From Eledone cirrhosa (Eukaryota), in contig OZ024752.1 in NCBI GenBank assembly GCA_964016885.1, positions 28,954,001 to 29,018,000 of the forward strand: a DNA stretch of 64,000 nt, written 5' to 3'. The position numbers were made by a program, and so were the translations under genes. Within the stretch, counting starts at the first letter, position 1. The number at the start of each line of letters is the position of its first letter. Shown here in pieces: positions 51,223 through 64,000 of this stretch. The notes below the pieces were generated by a model. It did no database searches and was not told the DNA's origin. It saw only the letters and a list, made by a program, of their open reading frames with translations.

Positions 51223-53210
51223 CATCAAATCTAGCTTATTTATATCATTGTTTGGTATTGAAACTTATTGTTTAGTCCCAAATCAGAACTGATTGAGCAA
51301 ACCTATGATCAAAGATGTTTCAGCTTTTTAAAGACAGTAGAATGTGATTAAATAGAAATTTAGTTGTTACTTTTAGCAAGTCAGGTCATTAGATGGATTC
51401 TCATTAATTGGTTCATATTCTAAAGTCTGTCTTGAGCCCGGAGGCTCATCAGGCCCAATGCATATCCCAGTTTCCATGGAATAAAGCAACTGAGAGTACA
51501 AGACTTCCCCCTGGACAGGAGCAATGTGAAACGAAATGTTTTGCTCAAGAACACAACACACAACTCTGTCCAGGAATCGAACCCATGGCATTATGAGTGT
51601 AAGTCTAACACCCTTACCACTAGGTCAGACACCTCCAAATTGGTTTACATTGGAACCTATATATTATTACAGCAAATCATAGGAATATTAACTATTTTTC
51701 ATCCTAAAGGTTTCTGGTATCATAATTATTTTTGAAAGATGGCTACCTCTGAAGTAGATTAGCATATATAATTGTTTCAATTAAACATTGCATTAGTTGT
51801 TTTATGATATAATGTTAATGTATTGCAGTTTCACTGGTTTATATTCCAAAACATAGAATGAAGAGTTTTCAAGATTGCTTCAATGTGTTGAAAAGAGTAA
51901 TTTACTGTCTTACCAAATTCAGCAGCTGGAACTATTTTCAGTAGACATAATTTTTTTGTTTTTTTAACTCTGTTGACACAACATAGCTCTCAGCAAGTCA
52001 CCCAATATTTAACAAATCCTTACAATAAGCTAGGCAACGAATCAGTAGAGTCATTAGAACATCGGATAGAATGCTTTGCAGTATTTGTTCTGACTCCGAG
52101 TTCAAATCCCGTCAAAGTTAACTTTGCCTTTCATCCATTCAAAGTCGAAAACAAACGTACCAGTCAAGTATTGGGATTGATTCTTCCTCTATATATATCT
52201 TTCTCACCCTCTCTGGAAGAAATCTGCAGTATTCAGATCTGAAGAGGGATGGACTCTCAGGTTTTAAAATGCCCTAGAAATGCTGTATATAGTGCCCCTA
52301 TGATTCAGGTTTACAGGACATACAATACATACATACAATAGTGAAGCTAAGCTATACAACAAAGAACCAATATTTAACAAATCCTGACAATAAGCTATCC
52401 ATTTATGACTAGTAGACATTATACAATGTGACATCAAACATCTCATTACTAACATTGTAACAGCTTGTGCTAAACTTAAGATGGTGAAGTATAATTTGAT
52501 GGAGGCATGGCTGTTATTTTTGGTAGGTGAAGCAACCACATAGATATGTTTTTAGCCAACATATTTCACCTTTTCTGTAGAAAAGATACTTGATTCTCAA
52601 TGGTTCAGTCTGGATGGATGGAAGGATGGTTCCATAACTCCTGGGGGAGTGAAAATTAGAATAAGCTTTATTATTGTGCAATAGGTAGTATATTACAAAT
52701 CAATACTTAGATACTAATAACATTCTACATGCTGTAAAGTGGTTGGTGATAGGAAGGCATCCAGCCATAGAAAGTTTGCCAAACAAAGGGTTGGGAGGAT
52801 CCTTTAGTTATGTCTAGGACATGACAACTTCTCCTCTGTACTTGATAATGACCATACATAAAGGGATACAGACTTTCTCGGCCTGTCTGGGATGTCAGTA
52901 GCCCTGCTTCAGTACTGACCCTTTGCAAGCAGGTAAAGCCGACATTAGATGATGATTAATTCTTAAACATAAGTTGGTTATAATAGAAAAAAGGAACGGG
53001 TTGTCGTGAGCTTACTTAAGAAATACTACTATCTGGCAAATACTGTATCTTTCTCAACTATTTGTTTAAGAATCCAGAGTTGAGAGACAATTTGGACAAT
53101 CAATATAGTGATTATAAAACAAAATTATCAATGAGACAAAAATAGATATATAATAAAATAAAAAAGAACATTTTATTTTCAGAAATGTATTCAAGTTAAG
53201 AAAAATATTG

Positions 53211-53864
53211 CTATGATTTAGAAAAATTTTTTTGCATAATTTCCCTGTAAAAAGTAAAGATTTCATCTGAAGCTGCTCTGCAGGCTATCAGAGCTGAATT
53301 GAACTTTGTTTTATCAAATAAACCAGAGGTATGTATAGCAAGAACATTTTTAGACACACTTTCAAATACAAACATCATTGATATAGGTGCTGAACTTTCT
53401 TCTTTTATTGTTGGGTCCAATATGAGTTGATCATTTTCTGTGAAGACACAAGATACAGCTGCTATCATGAAGTTCATGTTAATACTTGCATCTAATAATG
53501 CAAGACAAACTACATTTATTGCACATGCTAATACTGATCCTGAATTTTGTAATTCTTGAACAGTAATATTGACAGAAGAACGTGGATGTAAACAAGCCAA
53601 GATTGCTGTCTCACAAGTGCTGCATATTAAATTTTCTTTTAATTTCTCAGCACAATTTGCAATCCCTGACTTAGGTTTATATACAATTTCTACTGTGGCT
53701 TGGTTGATTTGTTCTTTTGCAATTTTTACTTCAGCTGGGCCATATACTGAGGCCATCATGGAAGTATCCCCACAACTGAGACTAGCTGAACCATCTGGTC
53801 GTGACAAAAGACTCAGTTCACAAGACATTTTCCGCAACTGCTGTTTTTTTATTTCTCCATTCAT
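53211..53864 (-). CDS. EXOSC5: Exosome complex component RRP46 (RNase PH domain), single coding exon
   Basis: 217-aa intact ORF with LLSRPDGSA, ASVYGPAEVK, HPRSSVNITVQ and LACAINVVCLALLDA motifs. Acceptor ttttttag lies 9 nt upstream of the ATG (exon starts 53873). AATAAA at 53172-53177. Confidence 0.95.
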   Translation of the reverse strand: MNGEIKKQQLRKMSCELSLLSRPDGSASLSCGDTSMMASVYGPAEVKIAKEQINQATVEIVYKPKSGIANCAEKLKENLICSTCETAILACLHPRSSVNITVQELQNSGSVLACAINVVCLALLDASINMNFMIAAVSCVFTENDQLILDPTIKEESSAPISMMFVFESVSKNVLAIHTSGLFDKTKFNSALIACRAASDEIFTFYREIMQKNFSKS

Positions 53865-54060
53865 TATGAAATCCTAAAAAATAGATAAAAATTAAATAAT
53901 GTTAAATTATATGAAATATTTGAATTAAATATAATTAAAGTGAATTAGTAAAAAACAACTCAATTCTTCACCATCATCATTTTACACCAGTTTTTCTCTG
54001 CCTGCATGGGTTAAACAATTAATGTAAGAAATTATTCAAAAGGGTATTAAAATGCAACAA

Positions 54061-55395
54061 CATAGTCATAGTCCTGCAGGCAATAACGGAGGAGTTTAAG
54101 ACCGGATGCCCATGGGAACTCCTGTATGCTGATGACCTCGCACTCATAGCTGAATCTATGGTAGAACTAGAGAATAAATTCCAAACCTGGAAGCAGGGAC
54201 TAGAGAGAAAGGGCCTCAAAGTCAACATGACAAAGACTAAGGTCCTTGTAAGTAGACGAGAAAACAGAACCCAGATCCCCTCAGGGAAATGGCCTTGCTC
54301 AGTATGTAGGAAAGGTGTAGGTAGAAACTCCATTCTCTGCCCCAAATGCAAACAATGGGTACACAAGAGATGTAGCGGGATCTCAGGAAGCTTAATTAAG
54401 AATGTAGGATTCACATGCAGCAGCTGTGCTGAAACAGCAAGCAAACAGCCACAGGAAACAAGTACCACCAATCTCTGGGAGGGCCCTGTAGAAACAGTAG
54501 ACAGCTTCTGCTACCTAGGTGACCGAATTAGCAACGGAGGTGGGTGCTCAGAAAGTACAATAACTAGGGTAAGAACGGGATGGAAGAAGTTTAGGGAACT
54601 ACTACCACTGCTAGCTGCAAAAGGCTTCTCCCTCAGAATGAAAGGCAGACTGTATGATGCGTGTATCCGAACAGCAATGTTGCATGGTAGTGAGACCTGG
54701 GCGCTGAAGGTGGAAGACTTACGTAGATTAGAGAGAAACGAAGCCTGCATGCTCCGATGGATGTGTAACAGTAATATACGTGAACGACAAAGCATAAAGG
54801 AATTGAGAGAGAGACTGAGCATAAGAGGAATCAAATGCTGCGTGCAGGAGAGGCGGTTACGCTGGTATGGACATGTGATGCGTATGAAGGATGACAGCTG
54901 CATAAAAAGGTGCAGAGCACTAGAAGTTGATGGAAACCGCGGAGTGGGGAGACCCAAGATGACTTGGGATGAGGTGATAAAAGCCGACCTTACCCAACTA
55001 CACCTCTCAAAGTCAATGACACACGACCGTGACTTCTGGCGTCACGCAGTAATACAGGGTACCCGACCTCCCATGGGTACATGCTGAAGCATATAAACAA
55101 TATGCCCCCCCCCCCTCCACCGCAAGGTGGCCGTGGAGGTGCCACGGCAAAAAAGCACCCAGCCCACACTGTAAAGTAGACGTGTAGGCGCCACGAAAAA
55201 GCACCCAGCACTCACTGTAAATGAGGTTGGTGTTAGGAAGGGCATCCAGCTGTAGAAATCAAGCCAGATCAGTTCCTGTATGAGCAAGGCATGGTCAGCC
55301 GACCAGACACTGCCCACAACAGGACAACCCGTCTAACCCATGCTAGCGTGGAAGAACGGACGTAAAACGGTGATGATGATGATGATGATGATGAT
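54061..55395 (+). mobile_element. RTE-type LINE 3' fragment with Cys/His finger insert after the RT core
   Basis: LLYADDL, PCSVCRKGVGRNSILCPKCKQWVHKRC, FCYLGD, RRLRWYGHVMRM; open 309-aa frame; (GAT)n tail. Confidence 0.9.
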
Positions 55396-56189
55396 AGTAA
55401 GATAAGTGCCCTACCCTAGATATACCTCTCTAATCCTCAAGCCTTTCTTAACAACAACCACATTTAGTGTAGAATTGGGTGATATTGCTATGAGACAGGT
55501 CTGGCCAGTTGGCCATGCTATACCTTGCACATAGCAGGACCATGTTTTGGCTGGGTTTTTATGGCCGCTTGATGTCCTTCCTAAGCAAAAACCATGCTTA
55601 CAGAGTGGGCTGAACTGGGTTGTTGGTTCAGGTCTCCTGTCATAAGTCGTAGCGCCAGAGGTCTCGGTCCAGTGTCATGTCCATCAAGAGGTTCAGCTGT
55701 GCCAAGTCAGACTTTATCATTTCATCCCATGACTGCATCTTCCAAGACACCCTGCAACTTCGAGCGTACTGTACCTTTTTATATAATTGTCATCCTTCAT
55801 GCGCATCACATGTCTATACGATCATTTTTACTAATATTTTCAAAATGAGAACAATTTAGCTGTGTGATTTAACCCTTGATACCAACCCAGTCAAAACTAG
55901 CCTTGGTTTTATGAAAGAAAACCACCCATTTCAAATAATTCCTATATAAATTTATATCTTCCAAGAACCATATTTTAAGTTATTATATTAGCAATGAAAT
56001 AATTAATAATTTGAGTAAACCCTTCAAAATTCTGCATTAATTAATTGAAAGAAAGTATATTTTATTCTAAATATGGTAATGAAAAGATTAAATAAAGAGT
56101 TCAGTTCAAAATTCCAAGATCATCAAACACAACAGACCCCTGAAGAAGACCTGAAACATGAATAAAACTGCCAAGATGAATAAACTAAT

Positions 56190-57875
56190 TTATAATCAGA
56201 GAGCAAATTGATCTAGACGAAATGCAGTTTGGGTTTGTGTCAGGTAAAAGTACCACAGACGCCCTTTTCCTTGTACGACAACTACAGGAGAAGTACCTAG
56301 CTAAAAGTAAACCCCTATACTTAGCTTTTATTGACTTGGAGAAAGCCTTTGACAGAGTCCCCCGCGGCATTATCTGGTTGATGAAACTAGGGGTTGATGA
56401 ATGGCTTGTGAGAGCTATACAAGCCATGTATAAAGAAACAGTCAGCAAGGTTAGAATTAACAACGTATATAGTGAAGAATTTAGCGTAAAAGTCGGTGTC
56501 CATCAGGGCTCTGTCCTTAGCCCCCTCCAATTTATTATTGCCCTTCAGGCCATAACAGAGGAGTTCAAGACCGGCTGCCCATGGGAACTTCTCTATGCAG
56601 ACGATCTAACGCTCATAGCTGAATCGATGGCTGAACTAGAGAAGAAATTCCAAACATGGAAGCATGGCCTAGAATCTAAAGGCCTTAAAGTTAATTTGTC
56701 TAAGACTAAAATTCTAGTATGTAGGAAGGAAAATAGGGCACAGGTCCTCTCTGGGAAATGATCATGCTCAGTGGAAAGGAGAAGGCAGAAATTCCATTTT
56801 ATGTCCCAAATGCAAAGTATGGATGCATAAAAGATGTATTGGGATCTCAGGTAAGCTATCTAAGAACGTAGATTTTATATGTGGCCGGTGCTCAGGTGCA
56901 ATAAGTAGCAAGCGCCCACAGGATACTAGCTCCCTCTATTGCCCAGATGGCTCTATAGAAATAGTGGACACCTTCCGTTACCTGGGTGACAAAATCAGCA
57001 GTGGTGGAGGGTGCTCAGAAAGTACAGTAGCCAGAGTCAGAATGGGATGGAAAAAGTTCAGAGAGCTTATACCACTAAAAATGAAAGGCAGACTGTATGA
57101 TGCCTGCATACGAACAGCTATGTTACATGGCAGTGAGACATGGGCATTGTGTGCAGAGGATCTGCGCAGACTGGAGAGGAACGAAGCATGCATGCTCCGC
57201 TGGATGTGTAATAGTAATATACGTGAACAACAAAGCATAAATGAACTAAGTGAGAAATTAGGTATAAGAGGGATCAGATGCTGTTTACTCAAGAGAAGAC
57301 TACATTGGTATGGTCACGTGATGAGCATGAAAGACAACTGTATAAAAAAGTGCAGGGCGATCAAAATTGACGGAAGTTACGGAGTAGGCAGACCCTGAAA
57401 AACCTGGGGCGATTTGATAAATTCCGACCTTACACACTTACACCTCTCTAAGACAATGTCACTGGACCGAGTAATACAGAAAACCCGCCTTGCCTAAGTA
57501 CAAAGCGAAACATACAGTCAGTAGACACCTCTTAATCAAATATACACCCCTCCCACTACCCCAACTCCCCCACCCCTTCCTCTGTAAAGTTATGTTGGTA
57601 CCACAACATCCAGACCTAAATAAATGAGGTTGTGTAGGTGTCACGACAAAAGAAACACACAGTCCACGCTGTAATGTGGCCGTATAGTTAACACGGTAAA
57701 AACCTCCCAGTCCACACTGTAAACGTGGTTGGTGTTAGGAAGGGCATCCAGCCGTAGAAAACCTGCCAGACAGCCCCATACAAGCGAGACGACCAATCTT
57801 GCCTCAAGTGGGACAATTCCCATCTAAACCCATGCTAGCGTGGAAGATAGATGTTAGACGATGATAATGATGATA
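56190..57875 (+). mobile_element. Older RTE-type LINE fragment of the same group
   Basis: QFGFVSGKSTTDA, FIDLEKAFDRVP, GVHQGSVLSP, YADD, with stops and frameshifts; 3' end shared with 54061-55395. Confidence 0.9.
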
Positions 57876-58643
57876 CATGCAATACCCATATATGTTTGTC
57901 TGTATGCAGTGTATCCTGTGCCAGGTATAGGGTTCATTTCATTGATTACACTTTTTACTAAGAAATATATGGCCTCATGCCAATTAAGGGAATCAATATT
58001 ACAAGGAATACAATACAACATGCCTGAATCAATAACACTAATCACATGCATGGTATCTATTCATGTGAAAAATTCAACAGACTTTTTGTCTGAATCAAAA
58101 GATTCAGTATTTATTATTATTTGAATATGATGCTGTCAGAGCCAAGAAATCTGTACAGTTGATATACAGTTGATATACATTCTAAATTGACATAAACTGA
58201 AAAGGAAGATTGAAAACAAAACCCATATTAGTGCAGTTTTCACATGATGTTTTAGAGATAACCATTTAACCCTTTTGTTACCAACCCACCAAAACTGGCT
58301 CTGATTCTATCAAATAAAATTACCTATTTAAATTAAAATCTTCCAATATAATTTTATATAAGAACTATTACATTAAGTTATATATATGTTTAAACTAAAA
58401 TAAAACTATTTCAGTCATATTACACTATAAACAGCTCAAATATTGTACAGACTAAAAACTATATTTGGTAGAACTTCATTTATCTAAAAGTAGATTTAGG
58501 TGTAAAAATGTACAGTATATTAAAAGTAAGCATTGCAAGCAAAAAATACATTTTAAAATAAACATAATTTCACCTACAAACTCCTGTATACACACACATG
58601 CATTACTGTTTATTATGAAGTCGATATTACTGATTTTTCAATA

Positions 58644-60157
58644 TCTCCTTATAATATATAACCAGCAATTACTCTGTTTGTCTGTCTGTCCGACAGTGGA
58701 AACACGTGCGCGTGTGCGAATGTTTTTTGCGCACGCGTAGAGAGAGAGTGAGAGTGAAAGAAAGAGACAGACTACGAGAGGGAGAGAGAGAGAGTGAATA
58801 GACGCTAAAACACGTGTGCGCGTGCGAATGTTTTTTGCGCACGCATAGAGAGAGAGTGAAAGAAAGAGACAGACTACAAGAGGGGGATAGCGGGAGGGAG
58901 AGAGGGGAGAATTGAGGAGTGCTACAGAAACATATATACATTTCTGTGTGTGTGTAATATATATATATATATACACACACACAGAAATATATATACATTT
59001 CTGTGTGTGTAATATATATATATATATATATACACACAGAAATATATATACATTTCTGTGTGTGTAATATATATATATATACACACAGAAATATATATAC
59101 ATTTCTGTGTGTGTAATATATATATATACTAGCAGAAACCCACCATCTGGGCGGTTTTCTGCTAGTCTATATATATAAAACTGAGGATGTCTGTCTGTGT
59201 GTGTGTGAGTTTGAATCCCTAAAACTCGAGAAGCACCCAACCGACTGTTTTCAAACTTTACACATGTAATAGTTGTTTCAGGGAGTGTTCTGAGCAAAAA
59301 AAATTTCAAATTTTCAATGCCTTAGGGACCGCATTAGGCGATTTAGCGATATCTCTCTATAATTCTTAGTCTTTCTCTTTTTAGATAGATACATACATAT
59401 AACGTCGCGCCCTTATAATTGTTTCTACTTTAGGCACAAGGCCAGCAATTACCCAGTGCATTACTGGTACTTTATTTTATCGACCCCGTAAGGATGAAAG
59501 GCAAAGTCAACCTCGGCGGGATTTGCATTACGGCCGTCACTTCCCTGAGGATGTCTGTCCCTGTGTGTGTGAGTTTGAATCCCTAAAACTCGAGAAGTAC
59601 CCAACGGACTTTTTTCAAACTTTACATGTGTATTACTTATGTTTCAGGGAGTGTTACGCACATAAAAAATTTCAACTTTTTCATCCCCAAGGGCCCGCAT
59701 TAGGTGAAAAACTGCGTTTTTTCATGTTTTTAGGCGTTACGTCAGACTGATTTCCTTGAAATTGTAACTATGTATTAGTCAGTTTCTTCTTCATACTGTG
59801 AGCAAAGAAAATCCAACTTTTTTATGGCCTAGGGCCCGCATTAGGTGAAAAACTTCATTTTTTCAGCTTTTTAGGGCTTTTGGAGGGCGTTACGTCTAGC
59901 CGATTTTCCCGAAATTTCGAGGCATATTATGCACATTAAAAAAATTCATTTTCTTGATCCCCTAGTGCCCGCATTAGGTGAAAACCTGCATTTTTCCTGC
60001 TTCATCGAGGAAAATCTTAAAGATTATCCAGCCATCAGTGTATTCGGTTTATTTTCTTTACATATTGTCCAGGCATACAGTTTTTCCACGATTAGGTCTG
60101 TTGGCGGCCCGCGTTCCAAAATACCTTATCCCGTGCAACGCCGGGTACCACTACTAG
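58644..60157 (+). mobile_element. Two abutting Helitron-like elements (58644-59165 and 59166-60157)
   Basis: TC starts and hairpin+CTAG ends (CCCGTGCAACGCCGGG..CTAG at 60154-60157). The second shares the TCTATATATATAAAACTG start with 23107 and contains a SINE piece at 59415-59525. Confidence 0.65.
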
Positions 60158-61117
60158 TATATATATATGGTATCAAAAAAAATATATACACACTTCAACA
60201 GCATTCTAATCAATATTGATGTACAGGTAATGAAAGTGTGTATACATTTTTGGCGGACACTTTGTATTGGTAATGGGTGTTAAAAACATTTAATTAATAC
60301 TTTCTTCTGTATCTCTGGTTGTGTCGTTTGCTCTGTCCATTTAATCAAGTAATATCTAGCTACACCGAGTCTTTTAAACTCCTCTTCACTAAACCACACA
60401 TTTAAATTCTCTCACACTTGCCTTGTTTGTTAATCCTTGCAGTCTAATGAACACCTCACACTACACACTTATTACTCTGTTTGTGGTTTCACAGCTTCCT
60501 ACTTCCACACTATCCTGTGAGTGCGCCTATGTGAATTATTATACGCGGATATGTATTGCATGCATGCAATATGTATATAAAGATAAATGTGAAGAATCGC
60601 AGCTTAGTTAAAAATAAAACAAGCGATAACAGCATGTATAACAACTGAATATTCATAAATACCACTTTTATTCCCTTAATATAATGATCGTATGCATACC
60701 ATCCATTATATACAATGCGTGTTCCTGTTCTATCTATAACTGGCACTATAACGGTTTTGTATCTACCAAATACACTTCCTGTCATTAACGTGTACATACG
60801 CAATGAATCCAGTGACTCAGACGAGATATTTTAGTTTTCCTATTTGAAAATATCAATATTAATTGATTTCCGTCATCGTAAATTCACTTTCATTTTCGCC
60901 GTACTAATACCAACTATATATATATAAAGAGATGCGGAGATACAGAGTGGGTCGGTATTTTATCTCTCTATATATATCTATATACAGTGTGTGTGATCCC
61001 GCTGAATAGATACATAATTAAAAATGAAATTGACGATAGCCCAAACGAATACGTTTCTTTTAAGCGAGGGACTGATATTAAATATGTTTCGTAATACACG
61101 TGCTTTTATAATGAAAT

Positions 61118-61155
<38 letters not shown>

Positions 61156-63026
61156 AGAAACGTTTAAACCATTGACGGGCAAACTGTGGCCCTCGAGCCG
61201 TTTGGCTTTCTAGATGCCACACCAAATTTCAAAATTGCCTTGAATCTTTTTAGGAGTGCAGCCCGGCCCATCTTACCTCCCATGCGGCCCTTTACTAGAA
61301 AATAGGTTGCCTCTTGCCCGTTTTAGATGAAAATTACATTACAAATGTAACCAAAATTGAGCATGTGGTTAAAGAATTAGTTTTCATATGGAGTGAAATG
61401 TTCATCCTTGCAAAACAATAAAATATATTGAACGCTTCATATCTATGTTAAGATAATTTCATTTTAAAAATCTTTGTAGTAAAAAAAATAAATAATTTAG
61501 ACATATTCGTTTCCACAATGCTTTATTTGAATTTGTGAAAGTACACACATATTTGTCAAGAATTATAAATATGTATATGTGTGTGTGATAAACAGGGGAA
61601 ACTCCAGAGTAATAAGACTCACTTAGCTTTAAGAAATATATATATATATTACACAAAATTGAAACGATGTTTATTGAGATAAAAGATTTTTTTTTTTGTA
61701 ATTTTTCTTCCCTTAATTATGTTTTAAACATAATCAGAGGAAGAAAAATGAATCAAATTACGACCGCGTACCCAATCTGAAACATAGGTGATGGTGGTTG
61801 ATTCAAAAAATCTATTAGCAGATTTGTAAAGTGCAATGTTTAAAGAATTATATATATATATATGAAACATTAAAAAGTGGAGGACGCCTGTTTCGAAACT
61901 AAAATAATATAGTGAATGTCTTATTTGGGGCCGAAATATAATTTAACAATATGGGGTAAATTATAGGATACGTAAAAAATTACAAAATACCCCAATTAAA
62001 ATCCACCGCCTTTCTTCCCCAAACTCCAGTATGCAAAATTAATAAAAATTAATTGCACTACTTTTCTTGCATTTTATCCCGTCTTGTATTGATTTATTAA
62101 ATTCTTATAACGATGCCGTTATAATATAAGACAAATAAAAGTATCAGTAATTGATAAGATTAAATTCCTTCCTGTTCTACAAATTTGTGATTTAAAGAGT
62201 CAAGTATCGATTTAATTGACTGTATAATAATCGTTTTCCTTGTACTGTACCAAAAATATAGTATATTAATTATTTCAGGAGTATTTAATTTTGTTTTGGA
62301 TCCTTTTCGATTTTGTTTTAAAGATCTAATTATTTATCATAAGAAAACGTCCCAACAAAAACGCACGCGGAAAAGATTTTACAAAACAGTATTGAAGAAA
62401 TTGTAATTGAGTCTAATTCAGACAGAATCGATATTTTGTTTTCCTTCTCTATTAATAACTTCTATATACAAATAGAATTCAAACTTTTTTTTTAATATAC
62501 AACTTTATCTAAATTTAAATTAGTAATAAAAAAATTTCCACAAGAAATTTAACAACTTTGCACATTGATGAGTAAAAAATGTTCTGAAGGCCAAAGATGT
62601 GCGAGTTAAAGTATCGAGAACAATAAAAAATACTAATCAGAAAGTGATCCGATTATTTACTTGATTTTAACATTCACTGATTATTAAAAAAAAAAAACAG
62701 CCAGGAATCGTAATACTTTTTCGGCGAGTTTATTTTACTTTCCAAAATAAAAGCTGCCCTTTGTTATAGAATTTCATTGATTTTTTAGTTTTCCTGATTA
62801 CATTAGCAATAATTTCTTCCAAGATGTTTTATAAACCCTTAATTACTTCCTTTTTTTAGTTTATGCTACACCAGCAATTTTGAAAAAGAAACGGTAAATA
62901 TTACAAGAGGAATTATAAAATTTATATAACAAAAGTATAAAGCTAAAAATGAAGATATTTACTTGGAAAAACGATGAATGTCACATATATTTTCGCTTCG
63001 GATAGATTCCTAAGAATTGTACTTAC

Positions 63027-63120
63027 AATGGTTTTATAAATCTCGTATTCAGTATTCGATTAAAAGATCCACGCTTGAACATCCACAAAGATGACTTGCG
63101 ACTCCTCATAGCTTCTCATT
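63027..63120 (-). other. Candidate 5' (UTR) exon of EXOSC5; upper boundary unknown
   Basis: Perfect GTAAGT donor at 63026-63021 in a non-repetitive stretch. The EXOSC5 coding exon has an acceptor and so needs an upstream exon. Confidence 0.35.
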
Positions 63121-63704
63121 TTCGTATCGTTCAATGATGAGAGTTTATTAACAATAAAGTTTTTATTTCATCAAAATTTTATTAACATTGCTGAAAAATA
63201 TGCGTATACAAAAAATTATATTAGATAAATTCCATCATTAAAATTTCAACTCTGCATTTAGAAAACTCAAATTTTTTAAATTAATCCTCCGCCTAGTAGT
63301 GTAGTTCATATACTTTACAAAATTTTAGGGATGTGTTAAGGTTAAAAATATTTTTAATTCGAATACTTAGTTTGGCGTATAATTTATTATTGATAGAAGT
63401 AATCATAAGTATTTTACTTTGCTTTGTTTTTCGAAAAAGAATAACAGTTTCATAACGATGACGTAGCCACGCGGAGTAATATTTCATTTTTTCCATATCA
63501 CAGTATCCGCGCCTGGTGTTTAAGGTGCGGTACTATCGTTTTAGCGAGCACTATATTAAATCGAGTAGGATACTTAAGAACCCCTCTTAAACTAACATAT
63601 TTCCTCATTTATTTCTAAAATCAAACTAAAACCTACGATCTTTCTCCTTCCTCTGAAAACTTTTATTTACATTTTTTATCAAAAATACTCAAATATCTTA
63701 CACA

Positions 63705-63754
63705 ATGTCTAGAAGAGAGAGATCGTACGATTCTGGTCGCGCAGACAGGAAAGG
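63705..63754 (+). CDS. Candidate first coding exon of an unidentified plus-strand gene continuing beyond the window
   Basis: ACA-ATG context, MSRRERSYDSGRADRK(G), then GG|GTAAAG donor-like site. Locally CpG-retaining and non-repetitive. No homology recognised. Confidence 0.35.
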
Positions 63755-64000
63755 GTAAAGTATTTCTCACATATTCTTTTCCAACCAGTCGTTTAAATGT
63801 TTATTTTATATATTTTAAGGTATTTTTAATGTTTGCCTCATATCGTATCGTTTTTACATATAATAAATATATATGTGCGTATCTATATACATACATATAT
63901 AGACGTATGTTTGAATGAATGCATGTATGTATACATATAATGGTAAAAGTGAGTAATGTGCCAAGGGTAGATAACTCGTTAGGGTTTTTTTGTGAGACTG

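Noticed and set aside
53569-53877. Plus-strand ORF antisense to EXOSC5, and antisense ORFs over the LINEs
   Set aside because: Shadow frames of real coding sequence on the opposite strand.
56138-56170. CTGAAGAAGACCTGAAACATG-AATAAA hammerhead-like remnant
   Set aside because: Stem II and stem I cannot form; at best a decayed fragment, so not called.
63293-63496. 67-aa ORF MEKMKYYSAW
   Set aside because: AT-rich composition, no recognisable domain and no splice linkage.

Overview
AT-rich, microsatellite- and SINE-dense animal genomic DNA. The repeat families look like those of an octopod cephalopod (inference). Two host genes are supported, both on the minus strand. (1) A 7-exon NR2E-class nuclear receptor, best matching NR2E5/HR83, reconstructed by hand as a 375-aa open frame: a 4-nt first coding segment ATGG at 45252-45255, then a 23-kb intron, then six exons down to the stop at 14143. 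(2) An exosome subunit EXOSC5/RRP46 with an intronless CDS (53211-53864). A possible head-to-head first exon of a third gene lies at the window end. The rest is transposon-derived: RTE, CR1-like, Penelope-like, CRE-like and Tx1-like LINE fragments, tRNA-derived SINEs, tandem Helitron-like elements, nested TTAA (piggyBac-type) MITEs and a 3.5-kb minisatellite with a 732-bp higher-order repeat. The most notable hidden signal is RNA-structural. Several unrelated short elements embedded in (TA)n tracts carry hammerhead-ribozyme cores, mostly minimal type I with palindromic helix III. They are often arranged as long fold-back palindromes and cluster at 34.4-36.6 kb. An HDV-like double-pseudoknot also sits at the 5' end of the RTE element. 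All structures were read by eye and none has been tested computationally.
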